From Hydrolagus affinis (taxonomy: Eukaryota), in the NCBI GenBank assembly GCA_012026655.1, contig JAAILG010000147.1, forward strand, positions 62,001 to 126,000: a stretch of DNA of 64,000 nt. The letters are read 5' to 3'. The notes under the pieces are model-generated. The model had not been told where the DNA came from and searched no databases. It worked only from the letters and a program-made list of their open reading frames with translations. The position numbers and the translations under genes are program-made. Positions 23,411 through 38,378 of this stretch are shown here, piece after piece. Numbering within the stretch: position 1 is the first letter of the stretch; each line of letters opens with the position of its first letter.

Positions 23411-25077
23411 GCAAATTGGATGCCCTCTGTATGGTGCACCACATTTTCAAGTCTGTTAGTTAGGAAGGTAAGTGCACAACGATTCAGACTCAATCTATGC
23501 AACGCCGTGAATAATCACTAAAGGTGGGGAATGCACAATTGAATCGCACACTGAGCCCCTTGGTTCAGTGAGTTTATTCTGTGAGCTGCTCAGCCATGCA
23601 AACTGGGAAGCTCTGCAATCTGAAACATGTCAGATGGAGCAGAATAAGATGTGTTACAATTGGTCTCAGAGCTCTGGATTAGGAAGGAGATAAATCTCCA
23701 ATGGCCGACCAGATTAACTGCGCTGCTTGATGTTGCTCGTACAGACCAGAAGGTTGCTAGCTGGATTCTTGGTCTGTGCTGAGTTATGTGATTTTCAATT
23801 GTGGCGGTGCTTGCGTTGCTATCATTGGTCCTGAGAAATAGGTTGGGAAAATACAGCATCGGCCAGTGTTCCCACTTCTGTTAACTGTGGATTGACACCA
23901 ACTTTCACTTTACTGGAAAGGATACCTTTGTGGATACCGGGTGAAGATACAATCAGACTCAGTTGTGATATCCCCCTGCAACCAACCAGTCTATAACCTG
24001 TCATTGTTGAGGCTTATGTGTAAAGAATGGGTCAGCAATAGCCGACCCACTGTGCGTGGAACGTTACCCCATTGAGAATTGACGTCTTCAGGAGGGAAGG
24101 AAGAAAATTGGCAAAAGTAACATTTGAACACATGAGATGAGAGCGGTGGTGTATGAAACAAATGCACCTCTTCTGACATGCATCTCGTATATCACTCCTC
24201 ACCGAGCACTGACAAGCTATTCAGTTGGATGTCAATTGTATATTTTCCATGGCTCACTGCTCCTTATTGTGAATTCTCTATCTCCGTTTTACACAGTGTG
24301 TGTAATACACTGAATAAATCTCGCAGAGAAATCCTAAATCCTTTGTTTTATGAAGTCAGGCTAATACTTGCTCTTTATAGTATTTTGTGTAGATGCAGCT
24401 ACACAGACTTGGATACCTTTGAGTTTGATTTTTTTTTTTAAAAATAGCATAATGCCACAGACTAATTATAGAGTTAACATGTGCTGCTGTGAATCTCGTG
24501 GCCTAGAATTCGAATGATTCTCTTGGTGCTCTGCACAAAAGTAGCATCGGCCCTTGGCGTTTCAGGAGCATTAAACATCCCAGCCTGATTATGAAGCAAG
24601 TTTTTGTTACATCTCCAGAAAGCTGGTAAATTGGAATCAGGACTTGGTCAGATGCAGCAAACAAGCACCACTCCTGGGAGACAAGCAGCCTGCACCAGAG
24701 GCAGGTTGCGATGTTGCCGTGTCCTGCACAGCAATTCCAATCGGGCTGCCATCATGTATTCGTTGCAGAAAGCAAACTGGAACAGAATTGGAATATTTAT
24801 TTGTAAAGTCCTGCAGCTGCAGGAAGAATGGATTGTAGCTGCCACTTGCTTCCACTTGGGAAGCAGTTTATTCAGTGATGCCATGAGCGTCTGCGCCGCC
24901 ATTAGAGGTTCAACAGTAGCAAAAGTCAATGGCAATTACTGCTTCTTTGAATTAGAGATCCTAGCACCATTATTGAAGCGAGCTGAGCAGTGACTTGTTG
25001 GCTTATCATGTTGTGTGTCCATACATCTGCTTTTCTCAAAGCAAAGTTGGGAAATTACATTGGCTGGCACTTGCTTT

Positions 25078-25190
25078 AATAATAATAATAATCCTTGCAT
25101 TTGATATAGCGCTTTTCATGTCTTCTAGATGTCTCAAAGCGCTTCACAGAATATACTGTAAAGTGAATTGACTGTATACTTGTGGGCGAA
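25078..25190 (-). mobile_element. SINE 3' fragment (young)
   Basis: (aat)n-ccttgcatttgatatagcgcttttcatgtcttctagatgtctcaaagcgcttcacagaatatactg. Confidence 0.9.
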
Positions 25191-28100
25191 GGCTGTTTGT
25201 TCCCAGATGTGTTAATTTAGATGTTAATGAGAAACAATGAGTTGCGCACGCTGTTGGTAAAGTGAAATATTGATGTATCTGTGGACTACAGATGGAGAAA
25301 AACCCAATCAATTGCTGTCGTAACCTCTGCCGAAAGCATTCGCGTGTGGACTATAGAGGCCCCAAATACAGTACCACTTGGTGTTCGCCTGCGAGACCGT
25401 TTTGTCTTAAAATGTAAAATTTTACAAGCTTGTAGAAAATTCTTGAAATCCGTTTTAATTCCTCAGAATTTCTGAGGTGAACTGGGTCCATCTGTTTCAG
25501 GAACAGAACCTACCTGACTGACCCATAAATGAATGATGGTTAAACAAAGCTACAGCAACCTTTTTTTTTATATATACCCACGGTCTATCACTGTTCTTTT
25601 CTACCGATTTCTTTTTTTCCTTCTGCTGTGATCTCTGAACAATTATAATTCTCAGTGGAAGATTATATCTCACACTGCGAAAATCAAAGGGCAAACCTGC
25701 AATGGAAAGCAAGGTAATACTCCTGTTTTATGCCAACATAATGGAGGGCATTGTTAAAGAAACTGAACTTTCTTTATATTTCTATTAGCACTACAGTCTC
25801 ACCATGTCATGGGTCATGTATAATACTGGGCACCCTTTCAATTGCCCTAATAATTAGTGTTTGCCTCAACCTCTTAAGAGACCAGTGCCGACTGACATGT
25901 TAACACATTACACTTGCAATGTCTCAAGGCTCTGTTATGTACCTCAGGCATTGGTTTCAACTGCTGCCCGTGGTAAAGCAATGGGAACCGCAATCCAGAG
26001 TTCCACTTCCACCTTCACATCTCTCTCTCTCTTTCTCTGTTTCTCGGCGAATGTTGAAATGTGGGCATCCGATACAATTGTTGGTCACTCTTTACTGTCA
26101 ATAAAGTGCTGGCTGTTTCACGTGCTGCTGAGATCTTCAACTTCACATGTAAAACTTTTTAAAAAATGCTTTGCATTCAATGCAGTCGTACTGCAATAAA
26201 TGTCTAATTTAAAAGTAATTCCATGAGTAAACTAATAGTGCCCTGCACATTATCTAATTACTGTAATATAATACAAAATATAAGGATAATATTTACTTTT
26301 TGGATTGTATCAGTCGGGATGCCTCAAAACTAATTTGAAGTAATGACAGCAAAGGAGTTAGCCAATTTATCTGTTGTTTTTTATATGAATTTCAGATAAA
26401 AGACAATTAACTGTGCACAGGTTTCTGCAAGTCGAGTGGGATCTTAGATTACAACCTGAACATGCAGAAAGAAACTAGGTTTCATGTCCATTTGGAAAGT
26501 AGCCCTAGATAGAGAGTGACAGTCTGTTTGCTGCTTACTGTAAGAATATTGACAAAGTGTGTTTCCCATTCTAAGCAAACGTTGAAGTATTTTAACAAAA
26601 AGTAACATTGTCACAGTATATCCTCATCTTTCTTGCACTAACTCCTATTGCAAAGCTGGACAGTACTATCTCATAGCCAGGCTGTCCCAATAGCTTGCTT
26701 TGAAGTATTGTTTGTACAGTTGCAAGCTCTATGCTATAGCATTATCTATTAGGTTATCCTAATTACCGGCATTAAATCTCGCTCAAAGTTGTTATGGGAG
26801 TTGAATATGGTTCATTCAATATAAATAATAATTCATATGGCAACAGTTATAAAGGAAACATTTTCACCATGGCACTGACGTTCCTTCTTGTTATTTGGAA
26901 CCCAGAGGCGGAAGAAAGGAAAACCTTGAATCTTCTGAACATTTTACTTTCCATTCTCTGAATACAAAAATGCCACACAAGGTTCTCTTTTCTAAGCAGA
27001 TTTATCGGGCAAGCTTATTATTGCAAGAGAAGTGCAATAAAGAGACTTATACAAGAGACTAAAAAGGAAAACTGTTTGAATATTTCCCCTTGTTAGAAGG
27101 TCTTTAAAATTTGTACAGTCGGAAGAAACCCAGAGGAACTATAGAATCGTGAAGCTGGGTTTGAATTGATAATCACATTATTAATATTTTTGACAAACAG
27201 AAAGGCTGCAACACTTCTTCAAAGTCAAGAGCAACAGAACACTACCTGGAACAGTCGTACACTGAGTTGTAAAATGCTACAGATGCCAGATTTACAGCAA
27301 TGTGACGATGACCAGTGTAATGATGTATATAAGGGTATCTATTAAGCTATTTAAATTGAATTACTGTATTTCACTGACCGTGCCTATGCACATGTTTTCT
27401 AAGAAAAGGGACAGGGTCAAAATTGTCCTACACAGATCAATTGAAAATATTTTTGTTAGCCGGGTGTCAACACATGTGGAAACCCATCATCATGTTTGAG
27501 AGTATCCAAAGCAGACTGATTTCAGGATCTGTACCCCACCTACACAAGGAAATGTCTCTATATCTGGAATGGAAGATGTACTATCTCACTGAGGTGTATT
27601 AGGCATGGGTTGGTAAGAACCAGGGTGTTGGAAAACCTACAGTATTTATTTACTCTACATTTTGGAGTTTAAATCTGAGGATGTTATTACATTCATTTTG
27701 GAAAAGAAAGTTCTAACATCTGATCAGACTTGAGCCTTGTCAGTTAGCTCCTGGTGTGTTCTCGTTTTGCAATCACAGTTCAAGTGAATAACTTGCTTGT
27801 GTCCATATTATCCGCCTTTGCCAACCTTTGATTCAGATATCAACCCATCTGGAACTCAGAAAACTGCCAGTTTCACTCAGAGAGGCCATAGATTGACTGA
27901 TGTGGAAAATGGAAATGTCACAGTGATGTGCTACTTGGAAAGGTTTTAGTGATTGAAGCACTTTGTTGGACAGACTTTGAGAAATTTGGCTCTGAGAGTA
28001 ACCTGTGATATAACTGATGTGCGAATGTGCAGTGGTACAGTTCAGAGAGATTCTTCCGCTTTCTAATCTATACCTAACCCAGGATATCTGCCAGCCGCCA

Positions 28101-28375
28101 GCCTGGCTTATCAACAGGATTTGGAAGGATAGATTTGCCACTGGGGCAAGAACTCTTCCCACTCAGCTCCTGTTAATCCTTTAAGTCAACAATAACAAAA
28201 TTACATTTTTATTACGCCTTTCACATTGGGAAGATGTCCCAAGGAGCTGGCAAAGCCCTTACGAGTAGTGGGAAAGCTTGCCAGACAACACTTTCAATAG
28301 AAAATTATGTGATTTTAGCTGGTTAGACTACAGCAGTATCTCAATACACTCTCTGTGGGTCCCCATGTTATGGTT

Positions 28376-28710
28376 AATAATAATAATACTAATCCTTGCA
28401 TTTGATATAGCGCTTTTCATGTCTTCTAGACATTTTAAAGCGCTTCACAGAATAGACTGTAAAGTGAATTGACTGTATTGTATATTTGTGGGTGAAACGC
28501 AGCAGCCAATTGCGCACCACAGTGTCCCACAAACTGTCGTAGATGTAAGTGACCATTGTCTTTTGGAGAGGGGTTATTATTAGGCATGTGGAGTAAGGAA
28601 ACTTGCCCAAGGTTTTGCCCTGACCTACTTGGATTTGAATACAGGTCTCATGCTTGTAGGGTGAGTGCTTTAACCACTCTAATGCTCTAACCACTGAGCT
28701 ACAGGACTCC
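28376..28710 (-). mobile_element. Full-length tRNA-derived SINE with TSD
   Basis: Head ggagtcctgtagctcagtggttagagc with a small internal tandem duplication, plus the shared tail. TSD atggtt at 28370-28375 and 28711-28716. Confidence 0.92.
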
Positions 28711-28965
28711 ATGGTTCTTACCAACCTGCGATCGATTCTCTCTGGAATTAGGCAAGCAGATTACGTTCTTCAAAGTAGAGAATGAGCATTCCATTCCAGT
28801 AACATCTCTGGAATTTCCATGTATGGTTGGAGACATGGAACTCTGCTTCGTTTGGATACTCTTAAGCATGGTGATAGGTTTCCACAGGTAGCAGACAGGC
28901 TGACCAAACAAAAATGGTGGGATAGGGGCAAAAGGACCCTTGCTATGCAACTTACATTGTACTTA

Positions 28966-29080
28966 ATGTTTCGCCCACAAATATACAGTTAATTTTCCTA
29001 CTTTCCTTCCCCAAACTCTGTGAAGTGCTTTGGGACATCGATAAGACGTGGAAAGCGCTTTATAAACTTAAGGATTACTT
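28966..29080 (+). mobile_element. SINE 3' fragment
   Basis: 'tttcgcccacaaatatacag...gtgaagtgctttgggacatcgataagacgtggaaagcgct...aaggatta'. Confidence 0.7.
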
Positions 29081-31921
29081 ACTTACTTAATTGAGTGATG
29101 TAGAGGGAGCTGTATTCTGCCCTAACCCACGTTACTGCTGACGAGAGAGTATAGTTCAGGCAATTGGAGAAAGAGTTAACCCATGCTCTACCTGAATGGA
29201 AAGCAGATGGTGCTGAAAATGAGAGGTTTTAATTAAGAAACAATGGAGCAAAATATTTACAGCACAGAAAAACAGAATTCGTGAAGAAATGTACAGCCTA
29301 GTATCTCAATAAACTCAGTCTGGATAAAATTACAATGGCTGAATACACCTCCAACTTGTATTGATTTCTGTGTATCGCAAGGTTTCTGAGCCTCGTCATA
29401 TCTAGTACCAGATGGTGCTAGTCCATGTGATCAACATAAATGGTTGTTTTTCTAGTGTGCATGAGCACTACTTCATCCTTGACTGATGGGGTCAAGAGTG
29501 ATAGAAATCAATGAATCAAATAATTATTGATAATGTCAATGCCCTTTTGTTTTCACGCTCCATCTTATTTGTTCGTAAGGATCAGCTTCTAACCTCAGTT
29601 TCTTACCATACGCTTACCGAGTGTATTCTGCACAGAACCATTAATTACTTCAACAGCCGCAAGGAGCACATTTCAATTATTTAGCAAAATGTTGAGCAAA
29701 ATGTAGGACACTCTCAGAAATATGATGTACATGTTTTTGATTAATGCCAGCGTGGTACTGTAGATCACACTAATGTCTGACAATAAACTTGTGCAGAATT
29801 TATTTTGTTATAAATATTATCAGAATACTCATAGATTATACTAAGCATTCCAGTGAGCTTCTATATTGGAATAAAGAGACAGAAAGCTGATTAATGCACT
29901 TTAGTGTGGATCATGCTTCAATCAGCTCACAGTGTCTTATCACCGAATATTTGCTCTGGGCCTTCGTGAGAATAGCAACATAATTACTAAGCTGCGTCAG
30001 TTGAGCTCATTGTTAGAGTGCATTTTTAGAACACGACATGTTGATGCCTGCTCTTTCAGTCACCGTAATTGGAATATCTGTCAAGAATGATTGGCCCTGT
30101 GGTCGGTAACAGTGTTCAAGTACCCTGATAAATAAGCAGGTACTCGAAAACCCCACAGAAATCACCTTCTGTTTCTGAGCATTTCCATTTTACTGTTCAC
30201 GTTGCTGCGTCTCGAGGCCCATCTGCCTAATTTGCCCAGATGTTATTACATTTTGCAGATCTTCCTCACATTAGTCACCTGCACACATTGCTTGGCCTCA
30301 TCAATGCCTTTTATAATATCGCGAAAAATGCTTTTCCCCAAGCTGTTCCCAAATAGTGTGAACAGCAGGACACCCTTAACAGGTTTTCATCAGCACCTAG
30401 TGATCGTTTCTCTCCATTTCTTATATGAGGTGAGCATACTGAAATAAATGACTGATCGTTTGCTCCCCTGATTGGATCAATAAGCAATAGTCTACTGTAA
30501 TATTGTGAAATTTAAAATTAATTCAGAGATAATATTCAACAAAGCAATACCTCGCTAACAAATAGACAGAATAAAGGATTTGAACATTCTCTTTGAGGTG
30601 ATAATGTATTTCCTGTCATTGTGTTTATGATTGTGTAACTGACCTTCAAACAAGCACGAACCAAATACTGTACTGTAGTTTTGTTTGTTAAAAAAAATGG
30701 ATAAGCATTGGCTCAGCAGCAGAAACAAACCATTATTCCTTAATAGAGTGTAATTTGAAGGAAGTGTGAATTATTTATTGCTATGATTAGTGCAGAAACT
30801 GTTATTAAGAGTTGTCACAATAAGTTCTGTTTCTCTCGACGCATACTTAATGAAAGCACATGAGTGAGTTTCCACATTTAGAACATGCAATTTCAACATT
30901 AGGCGAAACCCTCTCCTTTCATCCATTTTCCAAGGGAGGGGCATGAGCAAACTGCAAATCAGGCTTCTCAAGATTGCTTTCGTGTGTGACTAATTGTTAG
31001 CAGATTACAGAGACTTACAAAGATTGTATCTCTTTTATGAAAAGGATTTGAAGGTTTGTTAGTTTTTGATACACAAAAAAATCCTGTTGCATTTATTGAA
31101 TAGTATTTGAAGTCAATTTAATCAAAGACTATGGCAGACGTCTGTTGCCACTGATATTCAACTTGCTCAATGAAAAAACTCCAAAATGCAAACCATTTTT
31201 ATTAACATTTGAGGCACCAAGAATTTGAAAAAAGGCAAAGCTGAAATGATATCAGGGTGAATTAGTGTAGGACTGATGCATACTGGAAATGTATCCTGTG
31301 TAGTTTACATCAAATATCTCTTAAAAATAACGTTAAGTAAATTACTTGAAATAAGGATAACCTAATTAAAATGCACAGACAGCATAGTATATACACGTAG
31401 GAAGCTACTGTGTGCAATCTAGGCTTTAAATCTGGTCAAATGTGATTTCTGGGTAAAGAGATAACTCAACAAGAATTTACAGCTGTAATAATCCTGATAA
31501 CAGGAATGAATGTGGAGAGAAAATAATTTTGGCTCCTAGCTTCTTCTTGGTCAACAAAATTGTTCCCTTAATTAGAATTCGATGCACTGCACATTTTCTT
31601 TCCATTAGAAATATCACTCACTCGCATTTAGATTATTATAATTTCCAAACAATATATTCACCAGAAGTTTTGCAACCTAATACTACACCAGCAGATCGAT
31701 TCCTGGTTGTCTCATGCATCATTACCCTGTTTCTGTGGTGAGAATCTTTACAATAGCTCATTCGCTGTCTCTCATCAACAATGGGACTGTAGAACTTCCC
31801 AATCTTCATCTATCTTGCTGCTGTGCTACAATCTCTAGTGATTGCACGGAAATATTTCATATTATCTGCCAAGCAACGGCAAATAACCTCGTGCTTGTTG
31901 ATGTTGCTCTTGTTTTGCCAG

Positions 31922-31957
31922 GTGATTCAGAGAGGAATCATAAAGGAAGATAAGTAT
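31922..31957 (+). other. Candidate 36-nt micro-exon (VIQRGIIKEDKY)
   Basis: ttgctcttgttttgccag|GTGATT...AAGTAT|gtaagt. Only phase 0 is open. Peptide not recognised. Confidence 0.3.
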
Positions 31958-32087
31958 GTAAGTCAGGTAAAAGGTGCAACTCAATTAGCAATCGCTACAA
32001 TCGTGCACAAATGATGAAAACATGAGTATTTGACCTCACTGGATGTTACTAATTCTTTGAGCTTGTGTTGTTCAAACCTTCAATCTC

Positions 32088-32402
32088 TCCTTGCATTTGA
32101 TATAGCACCTTATCTTGTCATTGAGATGTGTCTAAAAGCGCTAAAAAGGATATACTTTAAAGTGTATTGATGGTGTATTTTGTGGGCGAAATCCGGCAGC
32201 CAGTTGCCCACAGCAATGGGATCTTTAACGTGTACCTGAACAGGCAGACAGGACTTCATTTTAACATGTCATCCGAAGCTCTGGACTTCCAACAAGGCAA
32301 TATATCCCCAGCACTGCCTTGGAGTGTCAGTATAGACTATGTGAATCAAAGGCTCAACGTGGGGCTTGAACCCACAACACAGGAGTGTTACCACTGAGCC
32401 AG
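32088..32402 (-). mobile_element. DeuSINE-type SINE (tRNA head, Deu domain, shared tail)
   Basis: Minus strand: tggctcagtggtaacact...gggttcaagcccc head; 'ttcggatgacatgttaaaatgaagtcctgtctgcctgttcaggtacacgttaaagatcccat' (Deu-like); tail 'gataaggtgctatatcaaatgcaagg'. Confidence 0.8.
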
Positions 32403-35400
32403 CATGGCGTATGCTGTCTTACCTTTCTCCATTTTATCATTAGAACAATGCTGAATACTCCACTATAGTTTCCTCTCTCTTTTTGTCTCTCTTTTTGTCC
32501 TAAGATCTCACACAAATGCTCTTTCTCCTCAGCCTCACCGTGCTTAGAGGAAGAACCATCACATCACCTCCTCCTCAAACTCAAGCTTTGCTAGAATGTG
32601 AAGGCTGCATCACACTGAACCACAACTTCTCAATTTATTTTGCTCTTTTCAACCTTGGTGGTGGCTTGCACAACATCCTTAGCCTCTCTTGATTTAAAAG
32701 TACTGACGTGCTAAGATGGATGATGCCCACATAGTGAGTTGTCAATCCCATTGTCACCATCACATATTGGCATGAAATGAGAGTGTGAACTTTATTTTGA
32801 AGGGAAATAGATAACAATTGTGATTGTTCTCCCTCGTTCTGTCTCATTCTCTCTCGACATCATCCTTTTCACTTCTTCACGGACTGTGACTGGGTTATGA
32901 GTCACTGAATGCAATCACCTTCCAGTACTTTTTCCCAGTGGTTTCCCTAAGACAGTTGACACAATAACTTGGTTGAAAGTGACCAACCAAGTCCAATTTT
33001 GCTTTTGGAAAGTGAAATTGTCACTTTCCACGAGGGAAGTTTGCATGTGTGGGCCATCAAGTTAGGAGAAGATATAGTTCTATTGTGATGCCCTTTGCCT
33101 GGTAACACTTTTTACTTAAATTAAAATTCCTACTTAGGCAAGTTACCTGAGGATGACTAGAGTTGGTAGTGATGTACTCTATCTGAACCTTTCAGGATGG
33201 GGTAAAATTGACAAAACCCAAATAAAATCTAAACGTTTGCAGACTTTGTTACAAAATAATAACAATGTAAAATATGTAAAATAAGATAATAAGGTCTTCA
33301 TCTATGGCCCACCATCTTTTGAATCCCTATTCAGCCCTGAATTCCACAGTTTTATGTGCTATGGACTCATTCAGATGCGATGTTCTTTCTAGTACAGTAC
33401 CAAAATTCATGTTCATGGGGATTTCTACAAAACAAACTGTCAGTTGTGATCAGCTCCTCTGCAAGAGTTGCTGATGATTTCTGACACATATACACAGTGA
33501 AGCCACCCACCACTATTATACAGCAAAGTCAGTGTTTTAGGATCAAACCTTTTATCAGGGTCATTTTGGTTCCCTGATGTTCTCTTAGCCTTTAGCACTA
33601 CAAATCACCAGAGGTGTTTAGATGGAGAAGACACTTCAGGCCATTTGATCTCAACAAAACAAAATTGAACGAAAGGGGCATACATGCTAACATTGCACTT
33701 TTCTCCTGAATGCTGAGCACCAGAGGGTGATCTTGTTATGTATTCCATCACATAGGTGACAATGTCATGATGCACTGACATTGACATTGCCAAATATGCT
33801 GCAAGTATCTGTCCACATTCTGTGCTCTAAAAGATTCTTCTTCAAAGCAACCAACTGAGGAGCAATTTGAAACCCGTGTACACAAAGATTCAGATCAATG
33901 CCAAGGTGTAGATATAAATGCCACCTAAGGTCAAGATTTTTTGTCAGAAATTCTTTTGTTTTCCTCAAGGCAAACTGGGCAATGCTGTATTTGCATGTGA
34001 AAGTTAGGTTGGGGATTTCTCTCACATAATTACTGTATGCTCCACCCTGGGATTTTACAGCTAATGATTGAGAGTGATTTATTCCACTCCACACCAAACA
34101 CTACATACACACACAGTATACCCATGAGTGCATTTATCAGCATAGAATGCCTACAATCGGTCAGTTGGTTTATTGGCAATCTTAAAAGAACCCTTTGTAA
34201 CCAGCCGTACCACAGAATGAAGATCCATGCATTTCAATCTGAAGTCAACATCTTCCCTACACAATGCTGATAGCCATGTTGTTTTTCCAGTACCCAATGC
34301 CATGCAGCCAATGATGCATTTTCATGCCATTATGGTGCTGAATAAAGAGTGTTTGTTGAACATGCGCTCTGGACCCTCCCCCGCGAGATGGCATCTATAT
34401 AAATGCCAATTGTTGGTGTTGTTGTTGAGGAGCAGTGGTGGCCACTGTTTTAGCAAGAGTAAATAACAGTGAAATAACAGAAGCAGAGATGCAGGAGCTG
34501 GCCTATCTGTCCTGATCCAGAAAGGGGGATGAGCTGTGGGAGCAGGATAAACCAAGGGACAGGGCAAAATAATAAGTAACGGGGAAGAAAGAATTGGAGA
34601 CACTGTGCTCCAGCACATTAAGCCACATAGAGATTGTATGAAAGGAGTCAGCGGTTCATGAGTTTCCTCTCAAACCAAATCCAATATCCCTTTAATCATT
34701 ACTCAGATTCACGTGGAGTGCTGGGGGAATGGGATTGTTGTAGGAAATGGAATATTAATGCAAAACATCACAAGCCAAGCTTACAAACACATCTAGTGGT
34801 GGATAGACTTTGCAGTTCTATAATACTAAAAAGGAACTGACAGAAGCTTGCATTCTCTAGTTCCACAACATTGCACTTCATGATTTGTTGCAGTTACAGA
34901 TTATCTTCAACTACTGTCTGTACCATTGGAAGAAAGAGAGGCACAGAGCTCCGGACTGACAGTGAGGAACCAGTATAAACTTTGTGATTATATTGGTTGG
35001 TACTACACTAGCCTGTTCTTTTAGCCTTTAACCTGTCAAAGTCTCTCCAGCCGTAATTTTTTTTGTAAAAAAGCGTAGAACACAAGAACAAAGAAATGAT
35101 TGTAAAATACTACTTAGTGCACAGACAGCTCCCATCATTGTACAGTATTTGGGATATGCAATGAAAGAACTTCCCATCTAAGTTCAGCTGTTTTCCAGGA
35201 AATAAAATCCAACCCTGATTGTGTGCAGTTTTAATTGCAATTTGTTTGAGCCGTAAATAATCTGCACACCAGCACTGAGCCAAACCCCCACAGAGCGACA
35301 TAAGTGAGAGCATATTACAAGTGTTTGTGACACGAGCGAACATGTATGATCAATCACGCTTCTAGTAGAAGGGTTTCACGAGGTTTGTTTCACTGATGGG

Positions 35401-36014
35401 ATATTAAGCTACTCAATCTTTTTTTTTTCTTTTTCACATTTTTAATTTATATTCCTGGTCTCAGGGGAGTTTGACCATTTTCCTTTTAATTAATATTGAT
35501 GTTTTACTGTAAAGTTTGGTGCTACATAAAGCCCATATACAGTGAAAAATCCATGTAAGTGACCTGAAATTGATTGCTAATTCATTAGGAAGGGAGATGA
35601 TGGGCCTATTAAGGACGTGGCATTGCCATCCATACCTGCCATTGCTGTAGGTGTAATCGGTGTATGATTCCAAAGCAAAATTTTGGCAATTAAAACAAGA
35701 TGTTTTAAAAAATAAATTGTAAAAATGTAACTTTAAAAATAATTAAGGACCAAAGCAACAAAGTAACACATGTTGTTAAACTCTCTCCTCCAGCAGAGAT
35801 GAGTTTCTCGCTGTTAGGGCTGTCAATTGAGCAAGCCTAGAGGGAGTTGGTGGAACTGACTTTTTAAAAAAAAATTCAATTTGTTAATCAAGGAACATCG
35901 ATTTTCTAATAAAAATAGAAACCAGACTTCCTCTGTGGGCCCAGTATGTACATCGATAATTCAGAGTAGAATGAAATCACACAGATCAGTAAAATGTCAC
36001 AGATATGCCTAATA

Positions 36015-36835
36015 TATAGAATTATAGACCTTTATAGCACATGAGACTGTTTGACCCACCATCTCTGTGGTGGTTCTTTGAAAGAGCAATCCATTCATTC
36101 CTATTGTTAATCTGTCCTTTTCCCATATTCCTGCAAATGGCTTCTGTTTAGATATCCTTCCTGTTTCCTCAACAGCTAATATGGATCCTACTTCAACCAT
36201 TGCTCCCACCAGTGAATTCCACACCCTAACAACCCCCTATGTAAAAAAAATCCTAATCTCTCTTTGCACCTTTGATAATTACTATATCTTAAATTGATTC
36301 CCTGTGGTCACTGACTCATCAGTCAGTGTAAACTTCTTACCACGTACTCTATCAAAAGCTCTTATTTTGAAGACCTTTATTACCTCTCCCTTCAGACTTC
36401 ACTGTTCCAAGAAAAATGGACCTCCTAGTTTCTCCAATCTCTGCTCATAGATTAAACTGCTCATCATAAATCTCCTCTTGCACCCTCTCTGTGGCCCTGA
36501 CATCATCCCACAAATGACAAAACACAACAATCTTAACTGCAGTCCAAGTAATGATTTATAATGGTCAAGCATCTTTCCACCTGTTAAAGTCATCTTAACC
36601 CCTAGGACTTTCTGCTCTTCTGCTTTTAAAATTTTACAATTGAGCATACTGTACACTTTTCCTATTCAATGTCCAACTTCACATTTTTCTGCATTCAATT
36701 TTATCTGTCATCTCCATGCCCAATCTTCCAGTCTGTCTAGATTCTACTCATGTTACTTACTGTCTTATTCAGTATTAGTCATACTCTCTATTTTAGTGTC
36801 ACTGGAAAAATAGAAATTGTCTCTTTATACCAGAA
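36015..36835 (-). mobile_element. Old CR1 LINE 3' portion
   Basis: Residual peptides WNSL...VEVGSI and LIYEQRLEKLG.FFLEQ, with a CR1-like 3' UTR near 36015-36150. Confidence 0.75.
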
Positions 36836-38341
36836 CTCACCTTTCAGGAGAGGTGTGGTGGGAAGAATTTGCTAAGAGGGAATAAAAATAATTTGTCTCT
36901 TTTTTGCAATGCAAACTACCATGGATTATTTGAAAGAACCTAACTACATGAGATCACAGATAAATGTTTGTTTATATGGAGCAAACTTCAAATGAAATTC
37001 ACTGTTGAAAGGGTAATTCATACTTTCATGCTAATTACAGCTGTTTGTGGACCCCAGGAAACCAGACAAACAGTGAAGAATGAAAATTATGAAATTTGTA
37101 ACTAGTACTGTTGCAGATCAATTACAGCCTGAATATCTGAATACAGTACCTGAATAATTCTCCTTCCCTTGTCATTACCATTTAGGCAGAATGATGCCAA
37201 ACTCAAGAATTCGTGAAAATAAAATCTGTCATTTGAGAGGGGAATTTTCCAGCATCTATCTCAATTATAGTATTACATTCTGAAATTAGCATCTAATTGA
37301 TCAATTTCCAGTAAATGAATGCGATTGCATTAATGCCACAGAGTTACAGCAAATATCTCAATTCTTCTTAGCATCTCATTAGCTTTATTGACTTCATATA
37401 AACTGGCACGCTGTGTTGCCCCAAACGCACAGGATCAGGTGACGCACCAAGCTATGTGTGAATTGAGAGGAGACCAGGAACATAGGGAGTGATTCTTTTC
37501 TCTTGCCTTGTTGCTTAGCCGCATCACCTGGCCTTTGTATGTATTAAACTGAATACATAGCATTTCATATGTGTACATGCCTCCTCAAAGCTAATTTTAA
37601 AAATGCCTGGTGGCATTTTCTAAATCCTTCAATTTATTTTCATGCAACGCAAGAAATTGTAACATAATAATAAGAATAATATTTACAATTTGTGCATATC
37701 TGAAAGTAAAATGGAAAGATATTGGGAGAAAAATTTAGTTAAAAGAATAATTTCTGCTGGATGGTGATGAAGAGTACAATGATTTTTCTTTCCCTCAACT
37801 GGATACAGAAGATAATGTTCTATTTCCATCCTAGTTAAGATCTACCCAGACAAGGAATTACTGCTGGACATCCCTGGTACTACTCACTAGCTGAAGTTTG
37901 CTGGGTCATCTTTGCCTTTCATTTCTCTGTGTTGTCTCTGATTCTGCTCATCAGACACTCACTTTCTTCCTTAAGGAATTATTCTGACAAGACTGCATCT
38001 GTTTGAACAGATGTGCCATCAGGTCTGATATGACGGTGCGGATGATTACGGATTCATGGTCACAAAATGTATTTATTTGTAACGCTTACAGCAATTGACT
38101 CCCATTTGGGGTTCAAATATATTAAAAAAAGTCTCGGCATCTATTTTACTTACCTTCAATGGATTGTTAAGGGACAACACATGCGGTCCCTGCTGGAGGC
38201 TTTTTTTTGCATATGATTGGCATATTTCCACAGATTAGCCTTGTATACTCAGGCCATGTTGTGCCCTGTAAAATACCATGAATCAAAATCAAGATCACTA
38301 ATATTAAATTCAAAATCAATCACTGGTGCCTGCAAAAAAAT

Positions 38342-38378
38342 CAAAACCTTTTGTGAAGACAAAACCTTTTGTGAAGAC
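38342..38378. repeat. 18-bp perfect tandem duplication
   Basis: caaaaccttttgtgaaga x2. Confidence 0.95.
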
